A DNA stretch of 64,000 nucleotides from Lingula anatina (GCA_051362555.1 CM120642.1:14880001-14944000); one strand, 5' to 3'; shown: positions 15,601 through 27,900, counted from the first letter of the stretch. Numbers and translations are program-made. Notes: a model not told the origin generated them from the sequence alone.

Positions 15601-18600
15601 CTTTATAGCTAAAAAAAAAAAAAACAGCATAACATTTGAAAGAAAAGGGCCTGGTCATGCTGATTTTCAATCTTGACCATTCTTTTACTTATAATCATCA
15701 GTTCTGTGAGTTTTATGAAAAGGGGCCTATTGGTTCTCCTTGAAATGTGTTAACAGTGTTGCATGTACAATGAAAAGAGGAGAAAAAATGCAAAACTTTT
15801 GAAAATAATCACCCAATTGCCTCCATTTTGAGACACTGTATTACACAGTACATGATAACATGTTTACCGTCATATTTATATAATCAACTAGCAATGTTGT
15901 AAAGATGCAGAAAATTTCAGACAAACACTAACATATTTACATATCTAGTTAGTTCAATAACCAAACTGTCAACGTGCCTGACAATCAAATCTGAGGAAAA
16001 CCACTTATATACATCAAAACAAGGCACAACTTCCACAAAACTCAACCAATCAATCCTATTTTCAAACTTGATTTGTATATTGGTAACATTGATCACTCCT
16101 GTGAGTTTAATGACAACAGGCCTATCGGTTCTCCCTGAAATGTGCTTACAGTGTTACTTATATGCTGAAAATGGCAGAAAAAAAACAGCATAACTTTTGA
16201 CAAAAAATGGCCCGGATATGCCGATTTTTGATCTTGACAACCCTTTTACTAATAATCATCAGTTCTGTGAGTTTCATGACAATAGACCTATTGCTTCTCC
16301 TTGAACTGTGTTTACAGTGTTGCATGTATGCTGAAAAAAGCAAAAACAACAGCAAATTTTCTGAAAAAAAAAGCAGCCCATTATGAAGATTTTCAAACTT
16401 GACCTGCGTTTAACTAATATTCATCAGTTCTGTGAGTTTCATGAAAATAGACCTATCGGTTCTCTTTAAAATGTTGCATCGCATATAATATTATGCTGAG
16501 AAAAGGGAAAAACAGCAACTTTGTAAAATTGGCCAGATCACACTGATTACGTTGATTGCAATTTATATAGCATTCCTTCTGGGAGAGATCGATCCGTAGT
16601 TAGTACGATAGGATCTGGGAACGGTCCCTTAATCGTTTTTGCCGTGTGCATATCCGAACTGTAGGCCTATATATCAGGACGCGTAATTGTCGGGGCGTCT
16701 TTTTTTTTTCTTTTTTTATTTCACAAAGCGGTTCTTGCAAATGCGGTGTTTATGAATATGTGTGCTCTGTGTTAGCGACATGGACCGACAGGGGCCCATT
16801 CAAAATATAATTTCACTTCAGTTGTTAGATTTAGTATTTATTCTAGCAGCCAGGTGTATAACAAACAGGTCAGATCTACAGGTGAAAAGAAGTGACTGTA
16901 GTTCGCAGAGCCATTATGTAATAATAAATGTTTCATAATGTCATAGCCTTCTTCAAACTGTCAGGGGTAGATTAATTCATAGTTAGCTAAGGGTCCCTTT
17001 ACACTGGACGGCGTCCTTTCTGCGTCCTGTAGTACGGATCCATTTGAGAGTACAAAATTATAATACTTAACTTTCTGACAACTGGCCAATCACCAAATAT
17101 TCATTTTTTTCAACCAAAGCAATGCTTGTACCTCCTTTCTACGACCACAGTGATGCCAGTTTCTTGGTCGCACAAAGGACGCCGCCCCAGTGTAAAGGGG
17201 GTTTACGGACGATCCATTTACCCTTTTCATTTACTCTGAAGTATCGAATAAAAGAACTGATGGAATAAAAGTACTGGGTGGAAAAAATCTCAAAATTTAA
17301 TAAAAGTACTGATGGAATAAAAGTACTGGGTGTAAAAAATCTCGAAATTTAATAAAAGTACTAGATGGAATAAAAGTACTGGGTGGAAAAAACCTTTGCA
17401 CCACTCCCCCCCCCCCCCCCCCCCAAAAAAAAAAAATGAAATAAATAATTATAAATAAAAGTAAAGAAGAAGAAGAGAAAGAAAAAAGCTAGCTATTGAT
17501 CATTGTAAAAAAAAAAAAATTCACCAGGTAAAATTCACTCAGTATTATAATTTATCTTAATATATATATATATATATATATTTGCCATGAGTTAAATTTC
17601 ATAATCGTCAGGGGCCGAAGACCCAGATATGTCGCACCTAAGCCGCCTCCGAGAGCCATACGGAGACGTTATTCATAGTAAATTTATTCTCAGATATAAG
17701 GTTCGTTTTGCATACCTGTAAACTCCTAAGGGTTTATCTTACATAGAAATGTGATTTAACATCGTTTAAATCATAAATCGGCATGAAATAATTGACGTTT
17801 GAAAACAGGCACAACTTCTTTGCTGCACTTGAAATGACCTCCTTAGCTATAAATATGATCCTATCACCTTGCGACATTGCATCATTCGATCGATGTACAT
17901 GAGTAGTTGTCACTGTTGAAGGGAAAGCACGTCTATTTATAGGAACTAAAATCAGGTGACGCATGTACTGTTGTGTTCAGAGAGCGACTTCCGCTTGACC
18001 TACTTTCCAGTGCTGTTGGTAGAACAGTCGGTAATGAGTTGAGATCTCAATTTTCTTCTCATTATACTTCAATTTAAGAAAATAAAAAGTGTGACTTGTA
18101 CTTGTGTAATTTCCCACCGGTACAATATGTATTTAATAAACATACCGGGTGGAAGATTTTTGAAAAATTAATAAGCGTACTGGGTGAAAATGGAGCGTAC
18201 CGGCGGGAAGAAATTTGGAAAATTAATTAACGTACCGGTACGTTTATTTGATACTTCAGAGTAATTCTTGCACCCTCAAAAGATTGTCGGTCCTAAGATC
18301 TACCGAGTGAGCCACAAATTCAGACAGTTCTTCTTTATTTAAACCACACCAAGTCAGTTGTACTAATAAAGAAGCGTGCCGTAATATGTAGGTGCGATGA
18401 TAGTTATGTAGTTACGTAACGGCCTAGGAGAGCTTAATTTGATAAAAAAGACCTTTAGTTTAACAAGGCAGCAAAGCTGTCAAATGTACAGACAAAAAGC
18501 AGGAAATAACTATGCACAAAATAGGCTACTGTCAATTCTGATGCAAAAGTACATTATGTTAAACTGCAAATTCAACATCAAATTTTAATTATGCTCAACA

Positions 18601-21600
18601 GGTAATACCAATGTAAGTAAAACGTGTAAAAAGCATAAGGCTTCAGGCCCATGGGAGTTCAAGATCACACTTTGAAAATGTATAACTTCCAGAAAAAGAA
18701 GCCAATTAGACTACTTTTCCAACCCAGGCTGCATTTTAGTCCTGCATTTCTTTTTTGAACATTTGGCAATCATAAGTAACATGGTTTTCCCATAATGGTC
18801 ATCATGGCAGCAGCACCCATAATTGTTTTCTTCTATTCTGATGCAATATTACATATTGGTTAACAGCATAATGACCGTCAATTTTTAATAATAAAATATA
18901 CGTATCATGGATTTTCAGAAAATGTGACTAGCATGGGTCTTCAAGCATGTAGAACTTCAAAGTCACACCTTGAAAATGCCAATATGTGAAATATGCTGAA
19001 AAGTGAAAAAAAAAGCATAACTTCTACAATAATGGCCCGATCATGCTGATTTTCGAACTCGACCTGCATTTTAAGAATATTCATCAGCTCTGTAAATATA
19101 AAGCCCAAAAGTAAAACTGCCTTCCACTTATCGTGTTTACAATGAAAGTGCAAGGCGCCGGTGATGGCGGTGACGGCACTGACGGTGAAGACAGATGCAG
19201 GTGATGGCAATAATGGCCCGATCATGCTGATTTTCGAACTTCTGTACATATTTACTGTACTGTTTGAGAACAGTAAGTGACATGGTTTTTCTTAAATGGT
19301 CACATGGGAGCAGTACCCAAAGTAGGTTTTTTCAAATTTTGATGCAATATTACATAATGTTTAACAGCATAATGACCATCAATTTTTAATAATAAAATAT
19401 TAGTATCATGGATATTCAGAAAATGTGACTAGCAAAGGTCTTCAGGCCCATTGAACTTCAAAGTCACAACTTGAAAATGCCAAAATGTAAACAAGACAGC
19501 ACTGTTCTGAAATGTTTTTTTTTTTTCCATTTTTAACAATTTTTAACATAAAACAAAATTAACAGCTTACTGCCATTTTTATATGATCCAACTAAGAAAA
19601 TTGATGAGATGGGAAAAAATATCAATAGAGCAGTGTTAAATGTCCAATTTCTTCTATTCTGAGATTCTGAACATAGTGAATGATTGAATCTGACAAACTG
19701 CAATGATATGAGTTTATTTCCACTTTTGAAACTTTATTACACAATACACGATAACAAATTAACCATCATTTTTACATAATCAACTAACAATGTTATAAAG
19801 ATGCAGGAAATGTCAAACAAACACATATCTTATTTATTAAATAATGAAACTGTTAACATGCCTAAGAATTGAATCTGAGGAAATGTGTAAAAACAACATA
19901 ACTTCTAAAATAATGGCCCGATTATGCTGATTTTTTAACTCAACCTGCGTTTTAGCAGGATTGACCACTCCTGTGAGTTCAATGACAATTGGCCTATCTG
20001 TTTTTCGTATATTGTGTTTACAGTGTTGCATATATGCTGAAAAGTGAAAAAAAGCATAACTACTAAAATAGTGGCCTAATCATGCCGATTTTCAAACTTG
20101 ACCTGCGTTTTAGTAAGATAGATTACTCCTGTGAGTTTCATGACAACAGGCCTATCGCTTTTCCTTGGAATGTGTTTACAGTGTTGCATATATGCTGAAA
20201 AGTGAAAAAAAAGCATAACTTCTACAATAATGGCCCGATCATGCTGATTTTCGAACTTGACCTGCGTTTTATGAATATTCATCAGCTCTGTAAATATAAA
20301 GCCAAAAAGTAAAACTGCCTTCGACTTATCGTGTTTACAATGAAAGTGCACGGCGCCGGCCCCGGCGATGACGGCGACAACGACGCAGGTGATGGCAATA
20401 TGTACAGACACATCTATATATATATATATATATATTCACTGTACTGTTTGAGAACAGTAAGTGACATGGTTTTTCTTAAATGGTCATCATGGGAGCAGTG
20501 CCCAAAATAGGTTTTTTTCAAATTTTGATGCAATATTACATAATGTTTAACAGCATAATGACCATCAATTTTTAATAATAAAATATTAGTATCATGGATA
20601 TTCAGAAAATGTGACTAGCAAAGGTCTTCAGGCCCATGGAACTTCAAAGTCACAACTTGAAAATGCCAAAATGTAAACAAGACAGCACTGTTCTGAAATG
20701 TTTTTTTTTTTTTCATTTTTAACAATTTTTTAAACATTAAACAAAATTAACAGTTTACTGCCATTTTTATATGATCAACTAAGAAAATTGATGAGATGGG
20801 AAAAATATCAATACAACAGTGTTAAATGTCCAATTTCCTCCATTCTGAGATTCTGAACATAGTGAATGATTGAATCTGACAAACTGCAATGATATGAGTT
20901 TGTTTCCATTTTTGAAACTTTATTACACAATACACGATAACAAGTTTACCATCATTTTTACATAATCAACTAATAATGTTGTAAAGATGCAGGAAATGTC
21001 AACCAAACACTTTTACATGTCTTATTAGTTAAATAATGAGACTGTTAACATGCCTAAGAATTGAATCTGAGGAAATGTGAAACAAGACAGCACTGTTCTG
21101 ACATGGGTTTATTTCCATTTTTAACACTTTTTTTAACATAAAACAAAATAAACAGTTTACTGCAATTTTTATATGATCAACTAAAATAATTGATGAGATG
21201 GGAAAAATATCAATAGAATAGTGTTAAATGTCCAATTTCCTCCATTCTGAGATTCTGAACATAGTGAATGATTGAATCTGACAAACTGCAATGATATGAG
21301 TTTATTTCCATTTTTGACACTTTATTACACAATACACGATAACAAGTTTACCATCATTTTTACATAATCAACTCACAATGTTGTAAAGATGCAGGAAGTC
21401 AAACAAACACTTTAATGTATCTTATTAGTAAAATAATAAGACTGTTAACATGCCTAAGAATTGAATGTGAGGAAATGTGAAAAAACAGCATAACTTCTAA
21501 AATAATGGCCCGATTATGCTGATTTTAGAACTCAACCTGCGTTTAAGTAAGATTGACCACTCCTGTGAGTTTAATGACAATTGGCCTATCGGTTTTTCTT

Positions 21601-24600
21601 ATATTGTGTTTACAGTTTTGCCCATATGCTGAAAAAAAGGAAAAAACAGCATAACTACTAAAATAGTGGCCCGATCATGCCGATTTTCGAACCTGACCTG
21701 CGTTTTAGTAAGATTGATTACTCTTGTGACTTTCATGACAACAGGCCTAACGGTTTTCCTTAAAATGTGTTTACAGGGTTGCATATATGCTGAAAAGTGA
21801 TAAAACAGCATAACTTCTACAATAATGGCCCGTTCATGCTGATTTTCGAACTTGACCGGCGTTTTATGAATATTCATCAGCTCTGTAAATATAAAACCAA
21901 AAAATAAAACTGTGTTCCACTTATCGTGTTTACAGTGAAAGTGCACGGCGACGGCATCGCCATCGGCATCGGCATCGCCATCGGCGACGACGGCGACGAC
22001 AGACGCAGGTGATGGCAATATGTACAGACACATCTGTGTCTGTACATAAAAATATGAACTTACTGAATATATAGACATCTGAGATATAACATTAGTTTCA
22101 GTTTAGTCTGCCCTTTACAGCACAACCGAGGACGCGGAATTTGGTCCGCCCTTAACAGCACAACCGAGGACGCATGTGTATAGCCCGATTTCAGACAAAA
22201 AGTTGGACAGTATTTCTGATACACTCGTGGCGGGAATTTGGCCCGCGCTATACAGCATAACCGAGGACTGGCTCAGAATAGCGTCAAATTTCACCACCTA
22301 ACTTGAAATGGGCCCCTTTATGCATTCCACTGCTTATGTCAACCGAGGACGTCCTCGGTTGGAGGTGTGTCCTCGGTTAGTGGGTTTCGGGCGGGTGTGT
22401 GTCCTCGGTTAGAATGCGTGCACAAGAGCACACACACACACACACACACATTCATGGTACAGAGAGAGAATTCCAAAAGAAGTCTTAAACATGTTGTCCT
22501 TAGCATGTTGAGATCCAATGATAGTCTACATATGCATCTACACAACAGCATAAACATAAAAGCACAATCACGCAAGCGTACATGCACAAACACATTGTAC
22601 ATGCTAAAGCACACATCCACACATGCATCAGGCAACCAATGATCAAATGTCCACATCTCCAAACACTTCAAACTCCAGCCTAATTGTGTTCCAGTTGTAG
22701 GGACATCATGAAGTATTGAAAGGAAAGTAGGATATCGGTTTCTTAATTAAGAATTATACAAAGCATCCCAAAAACTTTTAAGCACTTAATCTGCCTGTGT
22801 TATACACCCTCCACTCCAGTTCCTGGACAATTTGGTTTTCCGAATAAATATCACTAATGGAGAGTTATGACTTGAAGATTGGTTCATACAAAACCTGTCA
22901 CTGACAACCCAAGCTTAAAACTCTATTGGGAAATCAGCTCTGCAGGCCACTGTTGTTCCATATTGAATATTAAAGAAAAGAATATTTCTTGACAGAAATT
23001 CTGTATTCTGAAAATCTGGCCAAATCAACTTATCAGTGATTCATTTCACAGGCTTTTCTCTGTACAAAACATCACTAGGAAACAGTCTAAATATAAAAGT
23101 AAAATATAATCACTTTATATCCAGCCAATGTTAATGGAGGACAGGGCATCTACATTAAGCCATTCAGTACTAGACTTTACAAAGCTAAATGGCGGGTTGC
23201 TTCACACTGGGATCACCTGTGTCTGAAGTCACAAGTCAGTGGAAAATGTGCTTGAACAAGAAGAGCAAGGGTATATGTGTATCTAGACAGACTTGCTGAT
23301 ATGGGTTAATACATGCGCAGCCAGTTTAGGGATTTAATCCTGACCTAAGTTGCTCAGGTTTTATTTTTATGTGGGAACACACCTGTCTTTTCCTGGGAAG
23401 TAAGAATGGACCTGGGTTTTATTATGGTCAGACCACCATGAAGGAACACAGTCAACACACTTGTAGTTGCTCCCACTTATCACTCAACAAACCTACAAGA
23501 CTGGAAAAAGAAAATAAATATCTCAGAGACTAAATTTTTTTGCTAACTTGAACACACAAGATCTATCTTCAAAGTATTTTGCGTCTGAATTTTGTTACCG
23601 CATAGTGCGTCACTGTGTGAGAATTGATGCAGGAGCTGTTTATACAACTGTGGGCCCAGAAACTGTAGAACTGAGATGCCTCTCAATTCAACAAAACTAA
23701 ATGAGGCAGAACATTATAAATGAAGTACTTAACAAGGCAATCCCAAGTATCATCATTGTGGAAAATAAGTGCAAAAGTCACATGCACTGAAGTATATGCT
23801 ACTATGTTGTCTTTGTAAAAGCAAAAATTAATACACAATATAAAAATGTTGCTCATATCAATCATTCATTTAACTTGATTAAATACAGTTATAGATCTTG
23901 AAATCAATCAAAGCTGACATTTAATGCAACTCAATACAATATTGTGCGAAAAACTAAAAATAAAATAATAATAATAATAGTAATAATAATGAAATACTCA
24001 CCTTGCTCAATTATTGCAACAAAATTGTTTTAAAAAACTGATGCCATATTTTCCCATTTTTAGGTTCCTGCAGAAATGTTGGATGAAGTGATGAAATTAT
24101 TGACAGACATGGACCCAGAGGGAGTGGACTACCTGCTGCAAAGGAAAGCTGGAGAACAGTTTAGGTAACATAATATTTTGCATCTGCCTCTTCATGTTAA
24201 TCCAATGGCAAAATCACAATACCCTGAGCTTTGAACTACAGCACTGACAGAAAGTGTGTGTGTGCGTGTGTGTGTGTGTGTGTGTGTTGTGTGTGGGGGG
24301 GGGGGGGGGGGGGGGAGGTTGAAAAAGACTGTCTCCATGTCACCAAGGTAATAATAAAACCTTTTAAAATTTCCTCAAAAGGAAGCTTAAGGAAGATGCA
24401 TCTGCCACTTTGTTTTACAGTTACTGTAATAACTTAAATTTTTGTCACACTTAAAAATTAATTAGTGTTTTTAAATGCCACATAAATCCCACATAGCCAC
24501 ATTAGTTGCTAAACTTTTCAAAATTATAGAGGCCCATTTTCAAATTTGATAAAATTTCAAAGTGAAAAAATATTACTTCATCGAAGAATCCTCTTCTGAC

Positions 24601-25544
24601 AAAATTTATAGACTCTATTTTCAGGTTTTTGCTGTAGTCAAATACTTTATGATCAAGCAATGTACTCTTTTTTGTACAGTCATTCAGGGGTCTTGATTAC
24701 AGCAATGATAATTATAGTGTTGTATCTGTTTTCATAAGTAACACCTTTTTTAAAAACATCTGCAATATTTTTCAGTTTTGAGCCAGAACAAGATACATCT
24801 GTCAGTGTGACAGATAGCGATACTTCGTCTCTTCCTCGACCCTCGAGAACAGACACCACAGAGTACACAACCCGCCCAAGAACTGTTCGAGAGGCCAAGG
24901 CTCTACAACAAAGCAGAAACAGAGATGCACAAGGCAGAGACAGAAGTAGTGAAACATATTTACAATCAAGTCAGACTGATCAACTGCACCTTCCTGCTGA
25001 ATATTCCAACAGGAGAGGCAGCAGTGCAGACTCTAGAACAGGGAGAACAGAGGGCAGTGGTGCTGCATCTTCCAAAAGGTTACCAATAACTCGGGGAAAA
25101 TCAGACAGTCAGATTGCCAAACAGGTCTCAATAAGGCCACCTAAACTGACTGTTTCTAAAGCAGACTCTCCTGAAGATCGTAAGCGCAAGGAGAGCAGGC
25201 TAAGTTACATGAGTACTTCCTCTGCAACAAATAGCCCCAGCACACCAGATAGCCTACGCTGGCTTTCAGATTCTCCCCCTAATAGTCCCATTCACACCCT
25301 TGAGCCACCAAAAGAAACTTATGGCAGAGGCTCTAGGAAGCATAGCCAAAGCCGGAGTCGTAGTGACAGTTGCTCAAGTAATCTTTCCACAGGCTCTTCT
25401 TCCTTACAACGCCCTCTGGCAATGGGAACAGGACCTGGGATGCCAGTTCCTGCACCAGGATCTGCAGAATGGCAAAAAGAAAGGTGGCGCCACTGGGAAA
25501 TGTTGGCTAAAGACGGAAATGATGAACAAGAAACACTAGTGTAG
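872..25544 (+). CDS. ARHGAP6: Rho GTPase-activating protein 6-like (ARHGAP6/36 family), spliced, 5'-partial
   Basis: Ten phase-compatible AG/GT exons: 872-1006, 4599-4728, 7724-7814, 8261-8432, 8879-8934, 9991-10141, 10395-10546, 10786-10965, 24064-24164, 24776-25544. Translation has [24 protein letters not shown] (arginine finger), [47 protein letters not shown] and C-terminal [12 protein letters not shown]...ETLV*, as recalled for ARHGAP6. Upstream exons were not found in the window. Confidence 0.93.
4599..4728 (+). CDS. ARHGAP6: ARHGAP6-like exon ([19 protein letters not shown]...)
   Basis: ccttcag/gtgag; VFGIPL pre-GAP motif. Confidence 0.88.
7724..7814 (+). CDS. ARHGAP6: ARHGAP6-like Ser-rich exon
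   Basis: ctccacag/gtaaaa; phase 2-0 bridges the flanking exons. Confidence 0.8.
8261..8432 (+). CDS. ARHGAP6: ARHGAP6-like exon (...[18 protein letters not shown])
   Basis: tctttag/gtgag; start of the RhoGAP domain. Confidence 0.92.
8879..8934 (+). CDS. ARHGAP6: ARHGAP6-like exon with arginine finger ([19 protein letters not shown])
   Basis: ttccag/gtgaga; catalytic GIFR motif. Confidence 0.93.
9991..10141 (+). CDS. ARHGAP6: ARHGAP6-like exon (LRDEFDSG...[18 protein letters not shown])
   Basis: ttacag/gtaagt; RhoGAP core. Confidence 0.94.
10395..10546 (+). CDS. ARHGAP6: ARHGAP6-like exon (...[20 protein letters not shown]...)
   Basis: gctcag/gtgag; RhoGAP core. Confidence 0.93.
10786..10965 (+). 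CDS. ARHGAP6: ARHGAP6-like exon ([20 protein letters not shown]...)
   Basis: tttccag/gtatg; NKM...NLA..FGP motif. Confidence 0.94.
12577..12616. repeat. (AAAT)n microsatellite
   Basis: Direct reading. Confidence 0.9.
14335..16500. repeat. Higher-order tandem array of a ~160-180-bp monomer (units of ~650 and ~980 bp)
   Basis: tgcctgacaatcaaatctgaggaaaaccac recurs at ~14341, ~14992 and ~15975; tttactaataatcatcagttctgtgagtttcatg recurs every ~160-180 bp. Confidence 0.85.
16991..17202. mobile_element. PIF/Harbinger-like MITE
   Basis: TIRs ccctttacactgg..ggcgtccttt and aaaggacgcc..ccagtgtaaaggg, TAA/TTA flanks; a second copy lies inverted at 60482-60688. Confidence 0.75.
17234..18261. mobile_element. 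Tc1/mariner-pogo-like non-autonomous DNA transposon
   Basis: TA|ctctgaagtatcgaataaa ... tttatttgatacttcagag|TA (1 mismatch), subterminal aataaaagtactgggtg repeats. Confidence 0.8.
18770..22035. repeat. Tandem ~1.2-kb segmental units carrying the ~160-bp monomer and HINE-like GACGGC end fragments
   Basis: actgtactgtttgagaacagtaagtgacatgg at ~19254 and ~20437; gcaggtgatggcaata at ~19197, ~20385 and ~22005; internal ~400-bp duplication at ~20680 and ~21080. Confidence 0.85.
24064..24164 (+). CDS. ARHGAP6: ARHGAP6-like exon (VPAEMLDEV...[12 protein letters not shown])
   Basis: tttttag/gtaac; follows a ~13-kb intron. Confidence 0.9.
24776..25544 (+). CDS. ARHGAP6: ARHGAP6-like terminal exon, Ser/Arg-rich tail ending ETLV*
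   Basis: ttttcag acceptor; contains the 245-aa ORF 24807-25544; C-terminal T-x-V class I PDZ-binding-type motif. Confidence 0.92.
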
Positions 25545-27784
25545 TTTTTATCTAAGGGAGTAATCCCCCTGGAAACTGTGATCTGAAAGTGTTAAAAGCT
25601 GTTGTGTTGGAATGCAAATTAAAGGCAATACCTGTTGTATACATGCGCTGGTTCCATACAGAAGTAAACCATTTTGTTTGCCATGTATGCAATGCCCATA
25701 GGCAAAAATGTACGAATGCTATGGAATGAGTGTCAAATATTTTTGTTGGCAAAAATTACATTTTCACCAATTTGAAAATATTTTTTAAAGAAAGGCGAGA
25801 AGGGTGTAAGGGACTAGAGCATCAGTTACAGTGAGAATCCATGATTTTTTTATTAAGTCACAACTGGAGCCAACTTTAAAAATTATCACAATTCACACAT
25901 TTAGAAATTAGATACTAGAAAGCATTACATAATACTTAACGGTGGCAGAAATGACAACACCAAAGGATTGTAACTTTGACAGGCAGTAAACAGGTCTGCC
26001 AAAAAACAAGTTTTAATGTTCTCATTAAGCAAAAGATTGCACTAAAATTTATTTTCAAGAATGATAATGTGCATGCAAGTTTACAGCAATTTTTTTTTTT
26101 TGTCAAAATTTTGTATTTCCATTTTCATTTTACTTAGACTTGTATTGGGCACATGTTATGTGCAATGCCCTAGATAAATTTTAAAACTGTCAGTTTAGTG
26201 GTAAAAGCAGGGAAGTTTGCACATCAGTCTGTCACTTAATATGTGGTCTATGGTATGACTTAATGGTGTGAGGTCCTGATAAAGAGATTGCATAATATAG
26301 GCCTAGCAAAGCTACCTCTTTATTACCTGATATAAACACCCGATTTTTTCTCTACAACTTAGCCCATTTCAGTGTGAATGAAACATTCATGTAATCTTTA
26401 TAAAAAATGACTCCCTGTAAAATTCTCATGATTGTGAGATATGCTCGCCTCATGTATAATTTTTTTGTATGCTCATGTTAGAGCCTTTAAAATATATTAA
26501 ATTTCCAATACTGCATAAACTGTTTACTATTTCTAAATGATGTGCAAATTGTACAGTGGGTAATTTTGCAGCCAACGTGAACTTTCAAGGGAAGCTAATA
26601 GACACATTTTTTTGCAATGTACATATTATTTTTTAAAATATTGACTTGATACAGGCTCCATGTCACTGCAATAAATGCTCATTTAAATGTTTGATATTAT
26701 TCAAACAAATTGTCTTTCATTAAAGTTACCTCTTACTCCCTCAAAAACAGGCATGAGATTTCATATCATCACAATATATTTATTGTTTTTTTTAACCAAA
26801 ATGTTACATAATTGTTACATGATATCTTGCTCCAATCTCAAACTTTATAGTATGATCAAATCTTGTCTTGTAGCAGCAACTCAGATGCTTCCACCTTTAT
26901 AAATGAAAACTTTACAATCCTGTAAGTTACTATAAACATTTTGACCTTTGCATTTTTTGGTTTCCAAAATACCTAACAAGTGAAACTAACCTTACTAAGG
27001 AAAAAAATATTAAATTACATGTTTCATGGCAGAAAAAGATTTTCATTGTTGAGCATTTTCTTAAAAATCTGACAGCATGATAAATGAACATGTTAACAAA
27101 AATCATTCAACTAAAACTTTCAGAATATCTACCTATTTACCTTCATTTTGGGTTTTTTACCATACCACCTTTAAATTACTTTTTTATTTATCCCACATAT
27201 ATACCATACAAAACGGGCAATAATTCAGTCTTTAAAGTTTGTCTAAGTACAGAAGTATTCTGTAAGTAAAATGTTGCATACAATAAAACTTTAAGAGACA
27301 ATGTTCAATTTCCATACTTCAACCATTAAATTTGACCATATGAGATTGACAGTGATGGTGACTCTCATCCAACTTCCAAGTGTGATCCATTAAGTTCAGA
27401 CTTGTAATTCACTAATACAAGTGTATAGGAAGCACAGAAGTGGGTCATTCTTAATGATTTTTGACACAGAAATGTTTGTTTTAACCATACAAAACTAATA
27501 CCTAAAAAAAAATAATAAAGATAATAATAGTATAAGTGTAGGACCATATTCCACATACCTAGAATATAACTAAAGTATTACTGAGTAATGTCTCCTTGTT
27601 CATTTTTAAAGTTCCTCAAACAAGAAGTATAAAAAAGAATGTAAAAGTTCTCAAACAGACCCTCATGCATCATATCCTACAGCTTTCCTCAATGGAGATT
27701 ACTTATCTCAGCAACATTCTTTTCTGCTGCATTCATAAAACTTTAAAGCTGGTCTAACATGGCTCATCTTGGCTGGCCTCCATT

Positions 27785-27900
27785 TCATTCAGCCTTGACT
27801 TTGGCATCAATCTGCCAGGCCCCCATGGTGTACCTCATCCATATCAGAAGTAAATCCTTGGCCATCTGTAACCAGCTCCAGAACGGAATGATTTTTGAAC
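27785..27900 (-). CDS. ALG5: ALG5 exon 10 (GSKIIPFWSWLQMAKD...KAE*)
   Basis: Conserved C-terminus; the acceptor is an unusual GAG. Confidence 0.88.

Larger units (their letters stand above)
13147..22428. mobile_element. ~9.3-kb non-autonomous composite insertion inside a (CA)n tract, with imperfect TIRs and AACCGAGGAC subterminal repeats
   Basis: (CA)12 at 13123-13146 and (CA)11 at 22429-22450 in the same orientation. Both ends read CTTGT-N11-AACCGAGGACA inward. There are 11 motif copies and a 21-bp perfect inverted match (13321-13341 vs 22396-22416). No transposase ORF seen. Confidence 0.7.

Noticed and set aside
18941-22078. Three similar minus-strand ORFs (102, 111 and 159 aa; HFHCKHDK...[10 protein letters not shown])
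   Set aside because: They are translations of the tandem ~160-bp monomer and GACGGC repeats; the similarity comes from DNA duplication and no protein domain is recognisable.
13165-22410. AACCGAGGAC repeats as a CRISPR-like array
   Set aside because: The motif is only 10 bp, irregularly spaced, in both orientations, in a eukaryotic intron with no cas genes.
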